From positions 1-35,921 of the forward strand of contig NIVC01004104.1 in the NCBI GenBank assembly GCA_002269645.1: a stretch of DNA of 35,921 bases. The letters run 5' to 3'. A program made the position numbers and the translations under genes. Below are positions 1 through 14,066 of the stretch, piece by piece (the first letter of the stretch is position 1; each line of letters begins with the position of its first letter). A model generated the notes under the pieces. The model worked only from the letters and a program-made list of their open reading frames with translations. It searched no databases and was not told the DNA's origin. The stretch comes from Macrostomum lignano (taxonomy: Eukaryota).

Positions 1-1784
<1,784 letters not shown>

Positions 1785-2036
1785 CTGACTGACTGACTGA
1801 CTGACTGACTGACTGACTGACTGACTGACTGACTGACTGACTGACTGACTGACTGACTGACTGACTGACTGACTGACTGACTGACTGACTGACTGACTGA
1901 CTGACTGACTGACTGACTGACTGACTGACTGACTGACTGACTGACTGACTGACTGACTGACTGACTGACTGACTGACTGACTGACTGACTGACTGACTGA
2001 CTGACTGACTGACTGACTGACTGACTGACTGACTGA
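1785..2036. repeat. (GACT)n microsatellite abutting the GPCR ATG
   Basis: Directly visible; the minus strand reads ...AGTCAG-ATG. Confidence 0.97.
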
Positions 2037-2279
2037 CACAGACGGGAGCACTGAACACCAAAGATGGCCGCCTTATATACAGAAGCATTCCTGTGGACTC
2101 GGGGGAGCGGATGGTATTATGAAGAGTTGGAAATCCCAGTCTGATAAAGCAAAATTTCTGCTCGCCATCGCTGCTGGCTAATTGCCCTGCCGTCTGCTGG
2201 CTTCCTGCTGTGCATTTCATCGAAAATGTAATTGGATAATCCGGCAGCTTGCAATAATAAGCAGCGCTCATCTAATTAT

Positions 2280-3340
2280 GAGCCGGGATTGTTTGATCAA
2301 ATTATTTTTTAAAAGCCTTTGAGCTCAGTCAGCTGGTGTTTACTTTTTTCAGTATCTGGGCGGATTAAAAGCAGCAGCTCTGTATGTGGGTATTGATACA
2401 TTATTATGTTTGCATTGGCATGCAGTCAGTAGCCAACTGCTTTTATAAATATAAGTCGCTAAAGTTGTATGCGCAATATCTACTACAACTACTAATTGGT
2501 ATCAACAAACATTTCTAATATGGTTTGAAGAAACCCACTTTGTTCATTTATTTAATTGAGTAGAAAATCGACCATGCATTATATGTCGTATCATTAAAAA
2601 TATTTGTTATTCTCATTCATGAATTAATAATATTTTTAGTATTTTTACTATTTTAAAAATACTATTGTTGATTGAATGCTAATATTATTATTGCTATTAA
2701 TATAATTATTTTTATTATTATTCCTAATATTCTTACTTTAAAAACCATTTTTCAATAATTTATCGGTAATAGTATAATTGCTATAAATACTGCTATTCTC
2801 ATTAATAAAGTCCTTCCTATCTAACATTTCTTATAAATGAAAATAGGGAACAGTTTCACGATTCGCAGCTTTATTAGAAAAGAAATAAATATTGCAATCA
2901 TGCAGCTGTTTTTTTATAGTTTCTACATGTATATACTGTAATTCATATTCTTAACAGATAAAAAATTTATTCACACGTGTATTTTATTGTGTAAATAATA
3001 AAAAAGTAGCAAAAGGGAATGTTTTCCAACAAAAAATTCTGAAATTATCAGTCAATTTTATTGAAGTTCATCGTCTTTGATGCTTCAAGTTTTTGATACG
3101 AGAAATGACGACTAGAATTTACGTGCATTCTAATAGTAATATTTCTAGTTCTTTTATTTGTGCGCTACAAAAAATAACAGCTTTTCCGTTAAAAATATCA
3201 TTTAGCGCTTTGTTGTTTTGATTTCTCCGACAAAGTTTTGTTATAATAATTATATCTATAGAAGCCAAGCGACACATATTCAAAATGTTGCGAAAAAACG
3301 AATTCTAAAATACCCAGTGTACATTGCTCAAAGCCGACAA
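2280..3340. promoter_or_regulatory. AT-rich spacer between divergent genes, candidate bidirectional promoter
   Basis: Strongly AT-rich block between the GPCR (-) and EFCAB12 (+) starts. Promoter function is inferred. Confidence 0.35.
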
Positions 3341-3342
3341 AC

Positions 3343-6300
3343 ATGCCTTCGTTTAATACACATGAACCACAGATCGCCAAGAAAAAGCAGTCTAGAGTTA
3401 TACTGAAGCGAAGGTACATTTCTGATGTAGTCGAAGTCGAAGAAAAACCACCGCCAAAGCCTCCAAAAGTACACGATACTGGAGTTAGCGATGAAGTACT
3501 GGAAGGTCTTACAGATGCATTTGAACTACTGTACAATCCAAACTACTTTGGACACCTAGAATTTGAAGAGCAAATAAAAAAGTTCAAAAGTCGAGATCTC
3601 CTTGAAGCAAAATTGTACAAAACTGCCCTTAAAGCATTCGGCAATCAGCGATTTGTTCGGGAGCGCCTAGCGAAAGACAATGGAAGAAAACGAGTATTCG
3701 TTGCTCAGCCACTGTCTGAACTCCGCGGCTTTGATTCATTTTCATCAGTGTCTTGCCTTCCTAAAATCAGCAGTGACTCTAGGAACGCAGACTCTTCAGA
3801 ATCCGATGCAGCCACGGCAGAGCTCGAGGATCCGGCGGCACAAGAGATGTCAAGATATCAACAGTGGCTGAAGAAGCGCCAAGTGCAACATCGGGACTTG
3901 GAGCGCATGGGAGACGTTGAGCGCTACCTCCGAGGCAAGGGCGGCCAGCTGTCCAGCATGGAGAGGGCCACCCTTCACAAAATCGAGGAGAGCCGTCGGC
4001 CAAAAGAAGTTGAGCAGGTGGTCGAGGAGGCGGCCGAGGTCCGCACGCGCCCGCCCTCCAAAGTGTCGGTAAAGCGGCCGTCCCCGCTGGCGCTCTTTAT
4101 CATCGATGGCGAGCTACGCAAGCGGAAGCTGCGCCTGTCGGACCTGTTCACCAGCATCGACAAGGACAAGGACTGGCTGCTGACCCGGGACGAGTTCCGC
4201 AAGGCGATGCGGCAGAACCGCGTGCCACTGCCGGAGCCGCTGCTGGAGGACATGATCATCACCCTGGACCAGGACAACAACAACCAGCTGGACTACCGGG
4301 AGCTCGCCCAGGGACTCGAGCAGTACAGGCGCGAACGGCGCTCGCCGGAGTTTCTAGCGCTGCTGTCGGAGGAGTCGAACCAGTTCCTGCTAGCCAGGGG
4401 CGCCGACACCACCGGCGCCTCGTCGCCGTCCGAAGGCGACGCTGCCGAGTCGCCAAGCGGCGACGGCGCCGGCGCCCGCAGCCCAGACTCGGCAACCGCC
4501 GGCGGCCCCGCCGGTTCCGCCACTGCAGCAACCGCGTCCGGTGCCGAGTCGCAGTTGTCAACCCTGCGGCCTGGTGAATTCGACACCTCGCAGGTGCGCG
4601 CCGACATGGCGTGGGAATACCCCTGTTAGGCATGGGATACCCCTGTTAGGCATGGGATACCCCTGTTAGGCATGGGATACCCCTGTTAGGCATGGAATAC
4701 CCCTGTTAGGCATGGAATACCCCTGTTAGGCATGGGATACCCCTGTTAGGCATGGAATACCCCTGTTAAGGCATAGAATACCCCTGTTAGGCATGGAATA
4801 CCCCTGTTAGGCATGGAATACCCCTGTTAGGCATGGAATACCCCTGTTAAGGCATGGAATACCCCTGTTAAGGCATGGAATACCCCTGTTAAGGCATGGA
4901 ATACCCCTGTTAGACATGGAAATAGCTATCATCTCCTATTAGATATGACGCCTCCAAAGACTCAGCTGAACCAACTCTCAATGTCTCAGCAAAGATTCAA
5001 ACCCTGAACCACTCCAGGAGCGCTACTCGGTGAACAACGCGGAGGCCTCGGCGGAGCTGCGCAGGCGGGACCGGGTCGCCCTGCGCTACATGCGCAAAGG
5101 CCGCCATCGGGGCGAGGAATTCCGCTCGATGGTGAAAACCTTCGACCGCGACATCGACGATCACGTGACACCGTCCAGCCTGCCGGAGCGCCCGCTGGCC
5201 GAGCAGGTGGACGCCTACAGGCAGCGGCAGCTGCGCGAGTTCATGTCCATTGTGGAGGCGTGCAAGGAGCGGGGCGTGGTGTTCTCCGAGCGGCTCTGCC
5301 GGCGGGTCTTCCTGCACCCGGCGGACCGCACCAGGAAGCAGATCGGCCAGCAGGTGAGTCCGCCTGGGAGCTGCTGAGCTGCGCATGGCTTTGAGCACAC
5401 TGCTCAGGAATCTCGTCTCCTGTTTACATCAATTTAGTTCTCGCCTCACCATGAAACCATCCGTAGATTTCGACTCGGCAGTGAAAGTAAACTTTTTTCG
5501 TTTTAACAAAAACGACTTCACAGTAAGCTAAGAAGACTCACAAAACACTTTTAAAAACGGTCCCAGCTTCACGACCCCTATCACCCCTCACCCTTCATCC
5601 TAAACTCACTCCTCACCCTCCTTCACCCAAAGCTCACTTCTCACCCTCCATCATCAAGCTCACTTCTCACCCTCCATCATCAAGCTCACATCTCACCCTC
5701 CATCATCAAGCTCACTTCTCACCCTCCATCAAGCTCATTTCTCACCCTCCATCATCAAGCTCACTTCTCACCCTCCATCATCTCAAGCTCACCTCGCACG
5801 CCACCATCTCAAGCTCAAATCTCACCCTCGGTTACCTAAACCTCACCCTCGGTCTTTCTCAACTCAACTTTATTCCAACTTCCAAAACTTTCGTCAGGTG
5901 GCACCCCTGGGTTCGAATCCCAGCGAGCTGCCGTCCAGCGCTCTGCTGCCGCCCGGCCAGCGGGCCACCCTCGCCGCTGCCGCTGGAGGTCGTCGAGGTG
6001 GCGACACAGGCGCGGTCGGAGTCACTGGCGGCGGTGCCGTCGGCAGCGGCGCGCCATGGTGGCGCCAGGGCGGAGGCAGCGGTGGCGGCGGCGGCGGCGG
6101 CGGCGGTCGCGCCAGCAACATGGCGCGGCTCGGACGGGCTTTGCCGACCCGGCGCGACCTGCTGGTTGACGATGACGACGCCGAAGTCGAGCTGCCGACC
6201 GGCACGGCGGTGGTGCGGCGGAAAGTCGACTGCTGGCTGACGTTCGAGGAGTTCCAGCGACTCACCGACAAGATCGACTATTCGAGACAGGTGAGAAAGC

Positions 6301-7270
6301 CGTTATGACCCTGTCTAACAGTGTGATGACCCTGTCTAACAGTGTGATGACCCTGTCTAACAGTGTGATGACCCTGTCTAACAGTGTGATGACCCTGTCT
6401 AACAGTGTGATGACCCTGTCTAACAGTGTGATGACCCTGTCTAACAGTGTGATGACCCTGTCTAACAGTGTCATGACCCTGTCTAACAGTCGTGATGACC
6501 CTGTCTAACAGTGTGATGACCCTGTCTAACAGTCGTGATGACCATGTTTAACAGTGTGATGACCCTGTCTAACAGTGTGATGACCCTGTCTAACAGTGTG
6601 ATGACCCTGTCTAACAGTGTGATGACCCTGTCTAACAGTGTGATGACCCTGTCTAACAGTGTGATGACCCTGTCTAACAGTGTGATGACCCTGTCTAACA
6701 GTCGTGATGACCCTGTCTAACAGTGTGATGACCCTGTCTAACAGTCGTGATGACCCTGTCTAACAGTCGTGATGACCCTGTCTAACAGTCGTGATGACCC
6801 TGTCTAACAGTGTGATGACCCTGTCTAACAGTCGTGATGACCCTGTCTAACAGTGTGATGACCCTGTCTAACAGTGTGATGACCATGTTTAACAGTGTGA
6901 TGACCCTGTCTAACAGCCGTTTAAACAGCAGTTTAATCAGCTAGGGGGGTTCCAATCCAAGAACTGTCGACAGTCCTTGTCCAACTCCGCAGGCGCATCT
7001 CCGTGGACCCGCAAGGATGCTTTCTGGCCGGGCCGCCTGGAAGGCCGGGTCCGCCGTTTCCTAGAAAGCGGACTGGACGGCGCCTCCGCCTACGGGCCGC
7101 AGCTGATGTTCCAGGCCACCCAGCCCGCGCGGGGCGGGCGCAGCCACCCCTACCTGCCCAAAGAGAGCTGGCCGGTGGTCGGGGGTCACGTGACCTACGG
7201 CTCCATCGACCCGACGCTGGCGCACGAGATCACGGGGCCTCGGCGGCTGCAGCAGAAACTGGCGCACTAG
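3343..7270 (+). CDS. EFCAB12: EF-hand calcium-binding domain protein 12-like. Exons 3343-4593, 5018-5353, 5898-6290, 6974(or 6993)-7270
   Basis: EF-hand pair (DLFTSIDKDKDWLLTRDEF; LDQDNNNQLDYREL) plus motifs I recognise from EFCAB12 (VDAYR...RVFLHPAD; AFWPGRL...VRRFL). GT donors at 4594, 5354, 6291 and AG acceptors at 5017, 5897, 6973 join in phase 0. Start codon uncertain. Confidence 0.72.
4612..4918. repeat. 20-21 bp minisatellite (catggRatacccctgttagg), EFCAB12 intron 1
   Basis: About 15 visible tandem copies. Confidence 0.95.
5630..5830. repeat. ~26-bp degenerate minisatellite (aagctcacttctcaccctccatcatc), EFCAB12 intron 2
   Basis: Visible tandem copies. Confidence 0.85.
6304..6917. repeat. 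21-22 bp minisatellite (tgatgaccctgtctaacagtg), EFCAB12 intron 3
   Basis: About 29 copies; source of the MTLSNSV repeat ORFs. Confidence 0.96.
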
Positions 7271-7476
7271 ACTGACTGGAGACTCCAGAAAATTTTGTGC
7301 TGCTCAGCCATCATGCTGCTGCCAATCTCGCTTTCACTTAATTTGCATGTTTCACTCAAGTGTTTTCATCGAATTTTCGGATGATCTGCTTTGATTCCGT
7401 GCATGCCTTCCCATTGTACACATGCTCTAATATATTGCAACAATCAGCTTTAATCTGTAAGTGGCCGCTCAGACTT

Positions 7477-7482
7477 AATAAA
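7477..7482 (+). terminator. Candidate polyadenylation signal of EFCAB12
   Basis: AATAAA about 200 nt after the stop at 7270. Confidence 0.4.
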
Positions 7483-7507
7483 GTCATTACCTACGAAGCA
7501 AAACTGT

Positions 7508-8130
7508 GAATGAGCAGGATGGGGCATGAGCAGGATGGGGAATGAGCAGGATGGGGAATGAGCAGGATGGGGAATGAGCAGGATGGGGAATAAGCAGGAT
7601 GGGGAATGAGCAGGCTGGGGAATGAGCAGTGGGATAGGCCGGGGGATGAGCAGGGAATGAGTAGGGGGATGAGTAGGGGAATGAGCATGGGAAGGAGCAG
7701 GGGAATGAGCAGGGGAATTATCAGGGGAATGAGCATGGGAAGGAGCAGGGGAATGAGCAGGGCAAATATCAGGGGAATGAGCAGGGCAATGAGCAGGGGA
7801 ATGAGCAGGGGAATGATCAGGGGAATGAGCAGAGAAATGAGCAGGGTGAATAGCAGGGGAATGAACAGGGGAATGATCAGGGGAATGAGCAGGGGAATGA
7901 GCAGGGGAATGAGCAGGGCAAATATCAGGGGAATGAGCAGGGGAATGAGCAGGGGAATGAGCAGGGCAAATATCAGGGCAATGAGCAGGGGAATGAGCAG
8001 GGGAATGATCAGGGGAATGATCAGGGGAATGAGCAGAGAAATGTGCAGGGTGAATAGCAGGGGAATGAACAGGGGAATGATCAGGGGAATGAGCAGAGAA
8101 ATGAGCAAGGTGAATAGCAGGGTGACAAGA
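7508..8130. repeat. 12-14 bp purine-rich minisatellite (gagcaggggaat)
   Basis: Visible; source of the MSRG/IPLL repeat ORFs. Confidence 0.93.
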
Positions 8131-8419
8131 AGGGTTATGAACATGAAGTGCTGGAGTTGTTATGCCCATGGATGAATAATATAACTGGATCGCCAGAAGC
8201 TCGATTTTTTGGTCCTAGCCATAGACAAGCAGCAGCATCACAAGAAGCTCAGAATGCCGTACTTTCACACATGTTCTGTAAATTGCCCGTGATCAGTGCT
8301 TCGTAAAATTGGCCCTGCAGCTAAATGACAACTGAAAATAGACTTTTTTGCCTTTTGTGATAAAAGTTCTATGAACAAATTGTATTGTTATTCATTGTAT
8401 ATATACATATACGTAAGAG

Positions 8420-9970
8420 TATTGGTTTTGACAATTAATATGAGAAGATGGACAATCAAAATGAAAACAGCCGTAGATCTGCATGCAGAAGCTCAGCGCA
8501 GCTTTGCAGCAGCTGCGGCTTAGGCCATAGACTTTTTTGACGATCGAAATGAGAATTGGTCAATCAAAATGGCAACGCGCAGTTAGTTTAGCGAGGCAGC
8601 ACATTTAAGCATTAGCCAGCCATCTTTCTCAGCCATCTCTCTAGTTTGCTGGTAATAGCACCACATGTGAGTCCAGAGGACCGACGTCGGCTCATCGAGG
8701 CAATAGATCGAGGCACACCGGTCAAGGACGCAGCAATAATCCTTCAGCTATCAAGTTCAACTGCTCATCGCATCGTGAGGCTGTACAGGAATGAGGGAAG
8801 GATGAACGGTATGCCTCGTGGAGGCCGAAAAAAAGCAAGGTGCAAGGTGGATGAGGAGATTCGTGAATTTCTGGAAGCAGAGGTGAACCGCAACCCCTTC
8901 CTCACCCTGAGCGAGATGGCACAGCGGGTCAACAACCATTTCTTCGACAAACTGGACATCTCGTACAGAAGTGTGGACAGAATTCTACAGGGATTGATGT
9001 ACACAGTTAAGCTGGCCACCAAGGGCACGGATGTGCGCTCGAGAACGAACAGCCAGGAGAACATTGAGGCTCGGTGAGAGTACGCATAGTTCGTGCTGAA
9101 CTTGGACCCTGCAGTACGATTGGTATTTCTCCATGAAACGGGCTTCAATTTGTGGACCAGACGATCGCAGGGTCGCAGCCTGAAGAGGTGAGGCGAAGGG
9201 TCACAACGCAGCGCGGACCAAATGTGATTGTTTGCATGGCGATAGCCGATGAGTTTGGCCTCGTGCACTCGTCGGTGTTCCGAGGAGGCCAGACGAACGC
9301 CAGATTTCAGATCTTCATCGACGAACTGAACTGTGGCTTCGTGGCTTGTCGTGATGGACGGTCCGCATTTCCATCGAGCAGCGCGCATTCCGCAACATCT
9401 GCAGCACGCTGTGTCCATCCGCATTCTTCTGGGATATTCACCTTTTCTGAACCCTTCGGAATTCGCCAACAGTTGCCTCAAGGCCAAGATCAAAAGCAGA
9501 CTGGCGCAGCCTGACATCGTTGAGGAAGAGGCAGTTGCCCCAGAAGGCATGAACCAGGAAGAGTGGCGTTACATGCTGCTGGAGAGAGTGGCGCGTGAGT
9601 CACTGCCTGAAGCCGTGACTCCGGACAAGGCAGCTGCGTAGGAATTGCGCTGCTTCCGTCATCTTGGACGCTGCCTTGCTGGGCAGGAGTTCTGAACCTA
9701 TGCTGTTGGACTGCTGTGTTTCCATCTTTTTTCTGACTGTGTTGCCATTTCTGTTGTTAATTTCTTGCTTCTATTGTTAAATTTTCATTTAAATAAACGT
9801 TCACACTGCTCCCGTTGCCATTTTGATTGACCAATTCTCATTTCGATCGTCAAAAAAGTCTATGGCCTAAGCCGCAGCTGCTGCGAAGCTGAGCTGAGCT
9901 GCTGCATGCAGATCTACGGCTGTTTTCATTTTGATTGTCCATCTTCTCATATTGATTGTCAAAACGAATA
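8420..9970 (+). mobile_element. IS630-Tc1-mariner DNA transposon with 158-bp TIRs, degenerate transposase
   Basis: TIRs 8420-8577 and 9813-9970 are near-perfect reverse complements with TA at both outer ends. HTH ORF 8646-9077; catalytic pieces FLHETG (first D mutated to H), VMDG and YSPFLNPSE are broken by stops and frameshifts. Confidence 0.9.
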
Positions 9971-10087
9971 TTATAATGACAGGCACCATTTTTTATTGTT
10001 TAAATCAGAAAATACTTTTCGACCATAGACAATTTATTTTCATATGTTTCTAAACATATCGGCACACCTAATTACATATATTCCCAG

Positions 10088-13000
10088 GCTCTACTGGTCC
10101 GGTGCTTGTGTTCGAATCCATCATTAACAAATTTTGCAAGGGACTGCTCGGCTGGGATTATCTATCATTCAGACTGTGGATTGGAATCTGGATATTTGTC
10201 ATATTGCTGCTGTTTGTGGCATTCGACTTGAGCGCCCTGGTTAAGTGAGTCGCTGGCACTTTAAGTCAGATTGCGTCACATGATCCAGTCAGATTGCGTC
10301 ACATGATCCAGTCAGATTGCGTCACATGATCCAGTCAGGTTGTGTCAGACAATCCAGTCAGGTTGTGTCAGACAATCCAGTCAGGTTGTGTCAGACAATC
10401 CAGTCAGGTTGTGTCAGACAATCCAGTCAGGTTGTGTCAGACAATCCAGTCACGTTGTGTCAGACAATCCAGTCAGGTTGTGTCAGACAATCCAGTCAGA
10501 TTGTGTCAGACAATCCAGTCAGGTTGTGTCAGACAATCCAGTCAGGTTGTGTCAGACAATCCAGTCAGATTGTGTCAGACAGTCTAGTCAGATATTGTGT
10601 CAGACAGTCCAGTCAGATTGTGTCAGACAGTCCAGTCAGATTGTGTCAGACAGTGCAGTCAGATTGTGTCAGACAGTGCAGTCAGATATTGTGTCAGACA
10701 GTGCAGTCAGATATTGTGTCAGACAATCCAGTCAGGTTGTGTCAGACAATCCAGTTAGATTGTGTCAGACAGTCCAGTCAGGTTGTGTCAGACAATCCAG
10801 TCAGGTTGTGTCAGACAATCCAGTCAGGTTGTGTCAGACAATCCAGTCAGATTGTGTCAGACAGTCTAGTCAGATATTGTGTCGGACAGTCCAGTCAGAT
10901 ATTGTGTCAGACAGTCCAGTCAGATATTGTGTCAGACAATCCAGTCAGATTGTGTCAGACAATCCAGTCAGGTTGTGTCAGACAATCCAGTCAGGTTGTG
11001 TCAGACAGTCCAGTCAGATTGTGTTAGACAATCCAGTCAGATATTGTGTCAGACAATCCAGTCAGGTTGTGTCAGACAGTCCAGTAAGATTGTGTCAGAC
11101 AGTCCAGTCAGATATTGTGTCAGACAGTCCAGTCAGATATTGTGTCAGACAGTCCAGTCAGATTGTGTCAGACAATGGAGCAGGCCCTATTCTAATCCTC
11201 AGGTACATCACCCGTTTCACGGAGGAGTCCTTCGCCAGCCTGATAGCTCTAATCTTCATCATCGAGGCCTTCAAGAAGCTGAGCAACATTCTGAAAGCCT
11301 ACCCAGTGAATTCCGATTGGCATCCCACTTACACGCCGAGCCTGACTTGCACCTGCGAGCTGAAGCCCGGATTCAACAGGTCGCAGCCGCTATCGCAGGG
11401 TCAGCACCTGCGCATTCCCAGCTACTACGACTCGGACGGGCTCTACTACGTGAACCACTCTGCCATCCCCTACTATGACTGGGGCTGGTACGAGAACAAG
11501 AAGCTGTGCAGCTCGCATGATGGCCAGTGGGTTGGCAGCGGCTGCAATCAATTCGCTGTGCCCGACGTATTCTTCTTCTCCTGCCTGCTCAGCATTGGCA
11601 TTTTTGTGCTCAGCTACGGACTCAAGCTAATGAGAAACTCGCCATTCTTTCCTAATCGAGTTCGAGCGCTTATTAGCGATTTCACCGTCATGCTGGCCAT
11701 TGTCGCCATGACTGTCCTCGACCTGCTTGTCGGCTTGCAGACGCCGAAGCTGCACGTGCCTGAGACCTTCTCGCCAACGCTGGGCTACGAGACTTGGGGC
11801 TGGATTGTGCCAGGAACCAGAATCCCTTGTACTCCATCCCACTGGCACTGCTACCCGCCCTGCTGGCCACCATCCTGATTTTCATGGACCAGCAGATCAC
11901 GGCTGTCATCGTCAACCGCAAGGAGAACAAGCTGAAGAAGGGGCTCGGCTATCACCTGGACCTGCTCATTATGGCCCTGCTGATTGGTATCAACTCCATA
12001 TTGGGCATTCCCTGGTTTGTGGCCGCCACCGTGCTGTCAATCAATCATGCAATAGCGCTGAAGATCGAGAGCGAGACAAGCGCGCCCGGCGAGAGACCCA
12101 AGTTTCTGGGCTGCCGGTGAGTCAACTGTCAGACTAATGGCTCACCTGTCAGACTGATGCCTCACCTGTTAGACTGATGCCTCACCTGTTAGACTAATGC
12201 CTCACCTGTTAGACTAGTTAATGCCTCACCTGTTGGACTAGTGAATGCCCCACCTGTTGGACTAGTTAATGCCTCATCTGTTAGACTAGTCGATGCCTCA
12301 CCTGTTGGACTAGTTAATGCCTCACCTGTTAGACTAGTCGATGCCTCACCTGTTAGACTATTTAATACCTCACCTGTTAGACTATTTAATACCTCACCTG
12401 TTAGACTACTGGCTCACCTGTTAGACTAAAATATTGTATGATTGCAATGAGACCCGTTGATAGACGTGCTCAATACGAACTCACTGTGATTTATTGCTCC
12501 GCAGCGAGAACCGAGTCACCGGCTTCCTGATCTTCTTGCTCATCGGCCTGTCGGGTTCCTGACGCCGGTGCTGAAGCACATTCCCATGCCTGTGCTGTAC
12601 GGAGTGTTCCTGTTCATGGGCATCTCCAGCCTGAGGGGTGTGCAGCTGGTGCAGCGTGTGGGCCTGATGTTCATGCCGCAGAAGTACCAGCCCGACTACA
12701 TCTTCCTCAGGTGAGACTTGGCTGCATTATTCATCAAAGATTATCTCCAAATATTATACCGGACTATCCCTCAGTCTTTATCCCAGATTATCCCTACTAT
12801 TTATCCCAGATTATCCCCACTCTTTATCCCAGATGTGCAGTTCTCATCCTCAGATTATCCCCTTATCCCGCAGGCACGTGAGGATCGCCCAGGTGCACAA
12901 GTTCACCATCATCCAGGTGGCCTGTCTGGCGATGCTGTGGGCTGTGAAGGCGATCTCCCAGATCTCCATCCTGTTCCCAATCATGGTGCTGGCAATGTGC

Positions 13001-13333
13001 TTTGTTCGCTGGGCCCTGAACTACATGTTCACCAGACACGAGCTGAAGTGGCTGGACGATATCATGCCGCCCATAACTCTCTGCCAGTCTTGCAAGCCCG
13101 GCTCAGCCAGTGAGTCCAACAATTCCGCCGTTGTGGAACTGCAGATGCAGTCCTCGTCTTTCGACAACGAACAGGCCAAAGTTCATCCGCCTTCCTACAG
13201 CGGCTTGAAGAAGCCCATTGGAGTAACATTCAATGTGTCTGACGAGATTGCCCAGGTTGGCGGAAAGCGCGCCGACTCAGAAGGCAAAGGTGGAATCAGT
13301 ACACGACTGCCTAGGCGGGAGGACGAGAAGTGA
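10088..13333 (+). CDS. SLC4-family bicarbonate transporter/anion exchanger, membrane domain only. Exons 10088-10244, 11203-12116, 12505-12710, 12874-13333; 1-nt frameshifts near 11810 and 12553
   Basis: Family motifs [87 protein letters not shown]. Canonical GT-AG junctions in compatible phases. No 5' exons found in the window. Confidence 0.9.
10262..11175. repeat. 23-25 bp minisatellite (tccagtcaggttgtgtcagacaa), SLC4 intron
   Basis: Roughly 39 copies between the donor at 10245 and the acceptor at 11202. Confidence 0.96.
12125..12428. repeat. 20-24 bp minisatellite (gcctcacctgttagacta), SLC4 intron
   Basis: Visible tandem copies right after the donor at 12117. Confidence 0.92.
12740..12870. 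repeat. Degenerate ttatccc repeat, SLC4 last intron
   Basis: Repeated ttatccc/cagattatccc motifs. Confidence 0.65.
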
Positions 13334-13385
13334 GTTTACCCAGAACTTCACAAGCGTAAAGTTACTCTGCTTGTGAAGCGTTCCC

Positions 13386-14066
13386 AGATCAGTTTGAGCA
13401 GTTCTCTCAGATCAGTTTGAGCAGTTCTCTCAGATCAGTTTGAGCAGTTCTCTCAGATCAGTTTGAGCAGTTCTCTCAGATCAGTTTGAGCAGTTCTCTC
13501 AGATCAGTTTGAGCAGTTCTCTCAGATCAGTTTGAGCAGTTCTCTCAGATCAGTTTGAGCAGTTCTCTCAGATCAGTTTGAGCAGTTCTCTCAGATCAGT
13601 TTGAGCAGTTCTCTCAGATCAGTTTGAGCAGTTCTCTCAGATCAGTTTGAGCAGTTCTCTCAGATCAGTTTGAGCAGTTTTCTCAGATCAGTTTGAGCAG
13701 TTCTCTCAGATCAGTTTGAGCAGTTCTCTCAGATCAGTTTGAGCAGTTCTCTCAGATCAGTTTGAGCAGTTCTCTCAGATCAGTTTGAGCAGTTCTCTCA
13801 GATCAGTTTGAGCAGTTCTCTCAGATCAGTTTGAGCAGTTCTCTCAGATCAGTTTGAGCAGTTCTCTCAGATCAGTTTGAGCAGTTCTCTCAGATCAGTT
13901 TGAGCAGTTCTCTCAGATCAGTTTGAGCAGTTCTCTCAGATCAGTTTGAGCAGTTCTCTCAGATCAGTTTGAGCAGTTCTTTCAGATCAGTTTGAGCAGT
14001 TCTCTCAGATCAGTTTGAGCAGTTCTCTCAGATCAGTTTGAGCAGTTCTCTCAGATAGTTTGAGCA
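13386..14066. repeat. 23-bp minisatellite (cagatcagtttgagcagttctct)
   Basis: About 29 nearly identical copies starting about 50 nt after the SLC4 stop. Confidence 0.97.

Noticed and set aside
6262-11478. Long repetitive ORFs ([22 protein letters not shown] and similar; also SVCL, SQSV, SIYL, IQSLST elsewhere)
   Set aside because: These are translations of micro- and minisatellites lacking stops in some frames; splice sites place most of them in introns.
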